Shown one piece after another: positions 54,401 through 64,000 of a stretch of 64,000 bases of DNA (positions are counted from its first letter, which is position 1; each line of letters opens with the position of its first letter). A model generated the notes under the pieces. The model saw only the letters and a list, made by a program, of their open reading frames with translations, made no database searches and was not told the origin of the DNA. Source of the stretch: Cycas panzhihuaensis. Taxonomy: Eukaryota; Plantae; Cycadophyta. A program made the translations under genes and the position numbers. Location of the stretch: NCBI GenBank assembly GCA_023213395.1, contig CM041465.1:58907741-58971740 (forward strand). The letters are read 5' to 3'.

Positions 54401-56545
54401 TTGAGAGACCATACACCATATTTAACTTGTTTATCAAACATAGGCTAAGGAAGTATGAATGCCCCAATCTCTCATGCCATAACTAGATTTTATTTGGTAC
54501 ATCTATAGTTAAATATGCTCTTTGGATTACTTACCTACCTAAGAGCCTACAAAGATAGTTTTCTCTCACTCTTTCTGTGACCATTTTCCCTTCATAATTA
54601 CTAATAATAGCCTTTTTCTCTTTAAAATAAATACTTATCCCATTGCCTTCTATCTAATCATAGAAATTAGGTTCATCTTTAGTCTAGGCATATATAAAAC
54701 ATCCTCTATATAGTAATAATCTCTATTAAGAGTTATAACTAAGACCTCCAATATGCCTTTAATAGGTAAAACTTTATTATTTTTCAAAATAAAAATATAT
54801 CCAATATCTCTCTATATGTGCCGGAACTAGTCAAGCCTACCTATCATATGTCTAGAAGCATATAAATCTATGCATCAAATATCATTAGACTCTCTTTGAT
54901 GTACTGTTATATTTTGATGATTGATTCTACCCTACAAATTATTTACATGCTAGTAACCAGCCTATGATAATCTACAAATTTTCTTGATGTGACTTGACTT
55001 GTTGTAATTATAGTAAGTCTTCTAAGGTAGATTTTTAAGATGGAAAAACAAGTATTTTCCACCTATTTTAATGTTCAAAATTAATAAAAGTCATGTAATA
55101 AACTACAAAATAGTGGGCATTAAATAGCCTTGTCATGGAACATACTATTTTATTAAAAAATAAATTATGTATGGTCCTTAGTCACCATGAAAGAAGCTAA
55201 AAACTCATCATATGGCTATGTTCAACATAAAGAACATTAAAATCTATAGTGAAAAGGTATTTTATTATTTTACAAAAGGCTCTTCAATAAGCCAAAAATT
55301 GACTCAACACTTCTATATAATGTGACTTGGGGGTAAACTTAACAAGGGGGCTAATTGGACTTCAAATTAAAATTAAAAACACTTTAATTTAATAAAAACT
55401 TTTAAAAAATTTTTATGTTAAGTTAAAACTACTAAAAATTATTGTGTGTTGCATGTAATAAATTGATTAATTTGTATTGATCAAATTTACTTAAGGCAAT
55501 TTGTCTCTTCTATTAGATTCTTTGATGATGGCATCAATGGATTTTTCCTTCATGGTGTTATTTCACCTTAAGCATTAAGTAAATGCATTGTGTATGGCTT
55601 TGCATTCATGATCATTTATTTTTATTTAGTAGCTTTAAGCTTTAATCATATGAGCATCTCTAATATTATCTTATATGCTAATCATAGGGGCTTTGTGTTA
55701 CCTGATGGCATGATCAACTGATATGTTTGTACTGGGTATTTTCATTGAGCTCCATCTTATTAGCATTATTACATTATCTTTCAACATTTATAGGTATGTG
55801 TATATAACATGCCTATGGTCTTATTACTTCTACCTCACACATTAATAAATGTTCGATGATGTCCTACTTATAGATCGTACGAAGGTTATGTATTTTCATC
55901 TCTCATGTTGAATGAGGCCTTTTTTAAATTTTAATCATGCAAGTTGTATACTCCTTGTTGTGTTTGCCTCTATAGGCCTATTCATCTCACACTTTAGGAA
56001 TGGCTCTAATAGAGCTTTAAACTTTAATAAAAACTAGGTAATGACTCTATAGACAAACCCCACCCCTCCCCTTGCCCCCATTTTTTTGTTTTCCTTTTTA
56101 ATAAAAAATTATCCACATAAGCTTTAACTAGATTTGACATAATAATCTATTTTGACAACATAACCTAGTAAATTTTTGAATTAAAATCATCTACAAACAT
56201 TGACAAAAGAAAACTCACTTGGATCCACATGTTACTAGTCAAGGAATTAATCAATAATATATAATGAACATTCCTCTAATACCATATGAGAGTTTTAATC
56301 CAAAATTAGAACCAAACAAAGACTTGACACAAGTTTATTTGATAGAATTAGTCTACCTTTAAACTTAATTTACGTTCATTAAGAATTAATTTACCTTAAT
56401 CTAAAATACAAAATTATACATATACAAGTGAGATTGATAATGGTTCATACACAAACTCATAACTAACTTGACTTATATCACAAGCCTATTAAGGGTTTTA
56501 ATGACTCACCTACCCAATCTGTCCTATATGAATATTAATCTAATA
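51448..56545 (-). mobile_element. Element F: old Ty1/copia element
   Basis: Diverged ~260-bp LTRs 51448-51713 and 56285-56545, PBS (rc TGGTATTAGAG) 56274-56284, PPT (rc AAGGGAGAG) 51714-51722. Decayed RH/RT/INT/PR at 51730-55015 (e.g. FWTKVIYIIIYLTN..KTPEETWS). TSD not clean. Confidence 0.88.
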
Positions 56546-56883
56546 ATTTAATGAGCATATATTTTTATGAAAGTAAAAAATATCAACATATAGACAAGTG
56601 CTAATAAGATATCCATACTATTATTATTCTTAATAAAGGATTTCTTAATCAATTATATTAATTGCCATATCATCACTAGGCCTTGAATTTTCAATATAGA
56701 TAATCACATTATTTCTTGATTAAAATACTCTCAAATGAGAGATGATATTCTTAATAAAATACTCTTAATAAGAGATAAGATTCTTAATCAAGCATATTGA
56801 TTACCATGCTATCAACAACCTTGGTCTAACAAGATACCAAATCATATTATTTCTCAATTAAAGGTACCTCAATTGAGAGATTA

Positions 56884-59800
56884 TGGGACGATTCTTCTCA
56901 TAAGTGCTCCTTGGTATAATAGAAAAATAGTAATTCACAACTACTTTATTCAAACCAATAAAGACAAATAGATTATCAAAAGAGTCTTACAAGCATAAGA
57001 GCACCAATTTAGCACTAAATAAAAGTAGCTAAGTATAATCTTTTTCAGAAGTAATATCAAGCTAACCATCTTTTACAATCCACGACCCTTATATAAATAA
57101 AATAGGGTCTTTTCTATGTAATCCTATTGGTGGCCCAGGTGGTCTTGCGTTCTATTGAATAACATAACAATCTTGTATACCATTGGCCAGCTTATTGGCC
57201 CATGCACTAAGTTTCATAACTAACCTTATTACTTAACCTTATGATATCTTTTCATGTATTATTGTTTTATATAACTTAGCAAGATAAGTTATGTAATAGG
57301 TCCCCCCCTTGAGATGCTAAGTCCTTGAGGCATTTAAGGTGCGAGTACTTCTTGATGAAATTATCAAATTCCCAAGTTACTTTATCAGAGGTACAACCTG
57401 CTCACTATATTAAATATTCTAAAATTGACCAATTCTAGAGATGGCATTAACTGCTAACTAGTATATATTCTAGAGGTATGGTTAGGGATTGCTCTTCATC
57501 CAAATTTGATAGGGTTATCTAGGGGACATGGATTTTTCTTAAACACTTTTGGAGATAGGAAACATGATAAACATTATGGATGTTGGTTGGGGGGAGGTCA
57601 AGGGCTTATGCAACTTCACCAATACATTTGAGGACTTTGTAGGGACCATAATATTGAGGGCTAAGTTTGTGGTTCTTTTGGTGGTAGAGAGATTATTGCT
57701 TATAAGGTTATAGATGAAGGAATACAAGATCACCAATGTTGAAGGAGCAATCAGAATGATGGTGGTTTACTAATTCTTTTATTTGATTCTAGGCCATGGA
57801 TAAGTTTTATTTGAGGGTGTGGAGAATTTAATCCATACGTTATAATTTTTATTATACTATTTCCATGAAAAGGTTCATGGACAAGGTGTGATGGGAAGGT
57901 AGGGGATATCCATAAAGGGCAAAAAATAGGGATATTCTAATGGTTGAATGATGTGAGGAGTTGTACCAATACTTAACCAGGGCTAGTCATGTTGTCTATT
58001 TAGATTGGTGGTTAGATGCAAAGTAGTGTAATTCTTTAGAGTTTTGTTAAGGACCTCTGATTGGCTATTAATCTATGGATGGTATACCAAGCTCATATTA
58101 AATGATGTTCCTAAGGCACAAAATAACTATTGCTAAAAGGAGTGAGTGAATTTAGGATCTTGGTCACACATGATAATGGATAGGAAACCATACAAGCAGA
58201 ATATTATTTGAAGATAAACATTAGCAATGCATGGTGCATTATATATTGTGTATGCATGTAAGAAGTGGGCATATTTTGTCAACCTATTTATGACTACTAA
58301 AATAGAGTCATACTAATAGATAATAGTAGGCTGTTACAAAATCCATGGCAATATCTTACCATTTACCTTGGGGGATATGTAAAGGTTGAAAGAGAGCTAA
58401 TTGAGGGTTTGTATCAGCTTTATTGCAATAGCATGTGTCATATTCAAAGACAAAGGTAAGGATGGTGGATTTTATTTCTATCCAAAAGAAGTTAAATTGT
58501 ATCCTACAATAAGTTTTATCAAAACTAGAATGGCCACCAAGTGGGGAAGAATGATATTCTAATAAAATCCAAGGAATGAAAGTTGAGTGGGGGTGTACAA
58601 ATATGTGATTTTGGTATAAGAGAAGATTATTATAGATGGAATAATCCTTATGAGTATGGACCTTATCAGCCTAGTTAAAAAAGTCTAGTTGGGATTGGTT
58701 AGCCACTGCTAAGTCTTGTATCCATGTTAGTTGCAGGAAAGAGATGCCATAAATGATAGGATCCTTAGTGTAACAGGCATTATCATCAAGCATAGGGGAG
58801 GATAGTTGGGAGAGGGAATCTACTATAATGTTATCTTTTTCCTTTTTATATGTGATTGTAAAATCAAAGACTTAGAGGCAGTTGACCCATATGGCCCACT
58901 CTTTTAAGAGGACTAGTTGATCTAGTAAGCAGTGAAAATTATAATGATTAGTGAGGATAGTAAATTTAGAACCAAGTAGATATTATCACCATTTATCAAT
59001 AGTGTGAAGGATGGTCTACATGCCTTTTTAATAGGTAGATAGTCTACACTTATGCTCCTTGAGTTTTTGACTTTCAAAAGTGATAAGGTGGATGTCCTAC
59101 ATTAAGACTACACCTAGCCTAAACCTAGAGGCATCGTATTCCAGTTAGAGGCATCGTATTCCAATTATAATAGCCAAGTAAAGTCAAGTAATGCCAAAAC
59201 CAAAGTGGTTGTCCTGACCTCCTTTAGATGGAGGAAGGCTTCGTTGGTTGAGGGAGACCATTGAAAGAAATCTTTCCTAAGCAGGTGGGTTAAAAGGGTA
59301 GTTAAGGTGGCATACTTTCAAATAAATCGATGATAAAATCTAGTAATCCTTAGGAAGGCCTATAATTGGATAAAGATTTTAAGGGTTGGCCAACTAGTGA
59401 TGATTGAAATTTTATATAGATCCACCCAAACCCTTGCAAATGATATAATGTAACCAAGGTATTGCAGTTCATATTTTCCAAACTCACATTTGGAGAGTTT
59501 GGCATATAACTTATTCTTCACCAAGATTTAAAGAACTATTTCTAAATATGAGATGTGAGTAGGCATGTTTGAGTTATAGATAAGAATATTATTAAAGAAG
59601 ATAATGAGAAATTTTCATAGGTATGGGGAAAAGATTTTGTTCATGAGGGCCTAAAAGGTAGTCAAAGCAGTAAACAGGCCAAAGGGCATGACTTGGAACT
59701 CAAAGTAGCCATGGTGGGTTCGAAAAGCCATTTTATGTTGATCCTCTAGCAAGATGAGGATCTAGTAATATCCTAACTATAGATTAAGTTTGGTAAAAAC

Positions 59801-62227
59801 TATCACACCATGGATCTCATCTAACATATCATTAATTTGTGGTATAGGGAACTTGATTTTAATGGTGATTTTATTTAATACGTGATAATCAACACAAAAA
59901 TTAGAAAGAGCCATTCTTTTTATGAACCAAAATGATAGGTATAACATACAAGATCTTACTAGGCTAAACAATGCCCATGTCTATTAATCCCTTGGTGATT
60001 TTTCTAAGTTCATTTTTTTAGAAATATGAGTTCGTATATGGTCAAAAACTAATTAGGTTATCTAAATTTTGTAACTCAATACTGTGATAATAACCTCAAT
60101 TAGGTGGGGCACTAGTAGGTAGTAGAGCAAATACTGATTGATCTTGATCAAATACTTACTGGATATTGAGGTGAATGCTTGAAGGGGCTTGGATATAGTT
60201 GAGATGAATGATATATCCTATATTTCCATTGAGTTATTTGCGCATTCGAGTGGGTGCGATTACTTTATTAGGAGGGGCTTGCATCCCATAAAGTTTATGT
60301 AAGTGGCCCATGTGATCTTTGAATATAATGAATGGGGTTATGGGTGAGTTATTGATGTTATAGGTTCCTAGTATCTAGAGCCACTATACACTGAGAATTA
60401 CATCTAACCCACCTATGAATAAGGCATAAAAATTAGAGACAAGGATATATGAGCTAATGTAGACCGTTAGGCTTTAATTGTTCCTATATAGTGAAGGGTT
60501 TAATAACTAGGTAAGGAGTAGGTAAAGCATGTCTTAGATTCTATGTAAAGATTCAACTATTAGGTGATGGATATATCAATGAAATTTAGCGACGTGCCAC
60601 TATCAATCAAAATGGTGATTAGGATTTTTCGAAGTATTTCTTTAATCTAGAGCGGTTTAAGACATGAGGTGGAGGTAACAACTGATAAGGAAACTTCATG
60701 TTTGGGATTAGAAACTAGCTCATTAGTAGGGTGGTAAGGCCCACTAGTGATAAAAAGTAAGTTGGAGGTGGTGGAGACCACTAGTATCCTAAGTACTAAA
60801 AAACATAGAGAATGCTTATATGAACTAACTTGGTGCAAAATTACCAGTATAATGTGCAGATTGAAATAAGGTATATAAGTTGTAAAGGTAGTTTTTGAAC
60901 TAAGAACTTCCACCAAGAAGAGTGACTAAGTTTTTCTTTTTTTGTGTGATGAGTCTGACTGCCCTTATAGGTTCTAAATTCAAGCAGTAAGTGAAAATTA
61001 GTTTCTATTTTTTTTTTTCTTTAATGTTGTGGCTTGATATCGTAATCAAGAAATGAAGCATGTGAAGTAGGGTATCCTACCAACCACTAGATAAGGTATG
61101 CTTGGTCATGTAGGTTTGCCAATAAATTTCTGATATAGAAGTTCAAGGCAGGTAGCTCCATGGTGCTAACCACTAATCACTCCACTATAGGTCTTCGGTG
61201 GCTAGTATTTTTCTTATGCTAGGAAAGGTATGAAACCTATAAGGGTCTTCCTATATAACGGAGGTACATAGAGGCATACTTTTGTAGCTAGGTTCTACCT
61301 AGGGCTTAGTTTAGGAGTGTTATCTCTAGTCCATCACATAAGGGGCATAATAGCCATGATACACTTAGTTATAATTATAAATCCTTATGATTTTTAAAGA
61401 CCCCTAGTATAGGGTCTCTACCTAACTACTTAGGTAACTACCAAGCAATGTTATCTACCTAGGAAAGAGAGGTGGGAGGGAGAAAGGGTAACCACCACGC
61501 AGTGTTATCTACCCTTGGATTGACGACCCAATATAGAAATTGAAATAATTAAATTAAATTAAAAAATAAATAAATACAAAGAAAAATAGAGTACTAGGTA
61601 TTACCTAAGGGAAGAAATTACCCTTCCCTCATGACTCTTGGATTGTGCTCATTTTACTCCTCAATCTCCATGGAGAGAGTACTAAGCAAAGGTATTTCCT
61701 TAATCTCTACTTAGGTAGAGAGAGTACTCAATCTATCAAAGGAAAAAAAGAAATCGATTCCTTTTAGCCTCATAAGTAACTTCCCATGATTCAAATGCAG
61801 CTTTGATACTACTTGGGGTGATTCTTCTCACAAGTGTTCCTTGGTATAATATAAAAATAGTAATTCATAACTACTTTATTCAAATCAACAAAGACAAATA
61901 GATTATCAAAAGAGTCTAATAAGCATAAGAGTGCTAATTGATCACCAAATAAAAGTACCAAAGCATAATCTCTTTCAGATGTAATATCAAGCTAACCATT
62001 TTTTATAATCCATGACCCTATATAAACAAAATAGGGTCTGTCCCACATAATCTTATTGGTAGCCTAGGCAGCCTTACATTCTATTAGACAACATAATAGT
62101 CTTGCATACCATTGGCTAGTTGATTGGCCTATGCACCAAGTTCGATAACTAACCTTATCACTTAACCTTATGGTAGTTCTCTACGTATTATTGCTTTACA
62201 TAACTTAATAAGATGAGTTATGTAATA
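56884..62227 (-). mobile_element. Element G: Ty3/gypsy chromovirus (Reina-like), decayed
   Basis: ~415-bp LTRs 56884-57298 and 61814-62227, TSD GATTA (56879-56883 and 62228-62232), Met-i PBS remnant 61800-61811, PPT GGGGGGG ~57302-57308, RT FCVDYHVLNKITIK..FPIP, chromodomain remnant EYLI..G.....TWE ~57330-57480. Confidence 0.93.
59126..59165. repeat. 20-bp tandem duplication inside G's RNase H
   Basis: TAGAGGCATCGTATTCCAGT TAGAGGCATCGTATTCCAAT. Confidence 0.9.
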
Positions 62228-63243
62228 GATTAGGCCCTCAATGAAAGTGCTCTTAATTAAAAGATTTATTGATGATGTGACTAAGGGTGACGTCTAATAT
62301 TTGCATCTGATTATAGTAGCTATAATTTTAATGTTTATAGCCATTGGTTATTGATAGCTTATATGACTAAAATGTATCAAACCTAACATGTTAATGTATA
62401 TGTATTTTTTAGCCTATACCTTATTTCTTACTTATTTTAGCTTTATTAAGACATCATTTCTTAATTATCTTATAATCATTTTATGAAGGGCTTTATTATA
62501 TTTTATAAAAATTATGGCAAGTGGCCTTACTACCATCTATAAGGGGTTTACACCTTATCATGAAGGTGCTATAAGTTAATTTAACTATAATCAAGGGATT
62601 TTAAGGTGGGAGTTGGTATGAAAGTATATTATATGTATGAATTTATATAAATAAATATAGATGTATTTACTTTAGAGAATATCAAATTATTTTGAAATAT
62701 AAATATAATATATTTATATTAATTAAAAAGATATAATGTAAGTGAAAGTATATTTAGTGTCTAATAGTGTACTAAGATATATTAAGGTTTATAAAGGGTG
62801 TTATGGTTTTTCTCTTACCCTACCTTTTCAATCTGTTATTCAATTTAAAGAATGTATGGATTGGTTTTCTAAGGATTTTAATAGGAGATGCAAATATTGA
62901 AAATATAAGAATCTACTTTCATATGTTGCTCATTATTTGAGTCTCTTATTTTGCCCTTCCTTTTCTAGGTTTACTCTCTAAGTTCTTACTTTTTATATAT
63001 AATGAAGCATCTTTGAGGAGGAAGCAAGTATGTTTTGAGGAATTTATGGAGTGTAGGTTCCAACAATTGAAGTGGGAAGAGTATACAAAGAATTAAATAG
63101 GATATTAGTTTTTAATAGGAAGCTACTCCTCTAATCTTTTAATTGTATTGAGGTTCTTTCTTTCTCTTTTATTAAATTTTTGGTAAAAGTATGTTGGAGG
63201 AGAAAGTAAGTTTGGAGATATCATATTTCTTGAATTATATTTT

Positions 63244-63324
63244 TGTGTGTGTGTGTGTATACATACACATACAAAAAAGGAAAAAAAAAAAAAAACATGT
63301 ATATATGTGTATGTGTGTGTGTGT
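63244..63324. repeat. (TG)n / poly-A / (TA)(TG)n simple repeats
   Basis: Directly visible. Confidence 0.9.
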
Positions 63325-64000
63325 TACAAATCCTAATTATCTTTCTATTAAAATAGTTAGTTTGAAATGATTTGGGTAGGAAGAGTTGTATCTTTTGGTA
63401 GGATCCCATCAAGGAGTATAAATATATACCTTTTATATGAACTCATCATCTTTTATGAATATATTTATTTGGATCTAATCAAAGTTTTTTCTTACATATT
63501 ATTGTGAGTTCTCTTAGAATTATTAAGTCTTATATCAAGTGGTGTCAAAGCCATGCTTCTACTATGTGGATTTAGAGATATATGTATATATAATACATAC
63601 TCTCCCATCACATTCTCTCCATTTCAACACCCTACCAAAATTTTTATAATGTTGTGTATTTAATTTAAAAATAAAAATAAAAATCTCCACCTCTGCATCG
63701 AGGTTGCCATGAAAATAATTTATTATTAACATATTACATGTTATAATATATGTTGTATTAAATATACATAAATCTACATTGAGTTATCACTATAGATTTA
63801 TTGAAAGGCACAATCAAGTAACTATTGTAATACATTGTTAGCCTACAAAGTCAAATGTCCAAAATATATATCTATAAAATACATCATGCCATTGAACCAT
63901 CAAAAATATATATCCATATGGGTTTGTACTACATAATTAAGCTTGTCTACAATGGTTGTTATATAAGCTTCATAAATATCAAGATGAAGATCTCACCTAA

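Noticed and set aside
62233-64000. Possible host gene or promoter at the right end
   Set aside because: AT-rich with simple repeats; no credible ORF or exon structure.

Overview
Eukaryotic plant DNA, probably from a large, heavily methylated genome (gymnosperm-like, by inference), made almost entirely of nested, decayed LTR retrotransposons. No host gene is evident. Three related Ty3/gypsy Tat-lineage elements are nested. A (1571-18261, +) is complete, with 2.7-kb LTRs and TSD GATGG. It sits inside B (-, runs off the left edge, 5' LTR 26414-29653), which apparently sits inside the 5' LTR of C (+, to ~46.7 kb). C also carries a Ty1/copia insertion D (33495-39166, TSD GTAGG). Further right lie an old gypsy remnant (E), a copia (F, -) and a Reina-like chromovirus (G, 56884-62227, -, TSD GATTA). 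The main point of interest is an accessory cassette between pol and the 3' LTR of the Tat elements. It has (i) an antisense, three-exon Plant Mobile Domain (PMD, MAIN/MAIL1-like) gene with its own TATA box and a conserved 8-codon first exon, in all three copies; (ii) head-to-head with it, a free-standing archaeal-type RNase H ORF (A and C; off-window in B); and (iii) a palindromic GGTACC-centred motif arrayed at 20-bp period both upstream of the LTR TATA box and in PMD intron 1. Together these suggest a TE-encoded trans-factor/cis-motif self-regulatory or anti-silencing system (inference). All coordinates and identities were read by eye.
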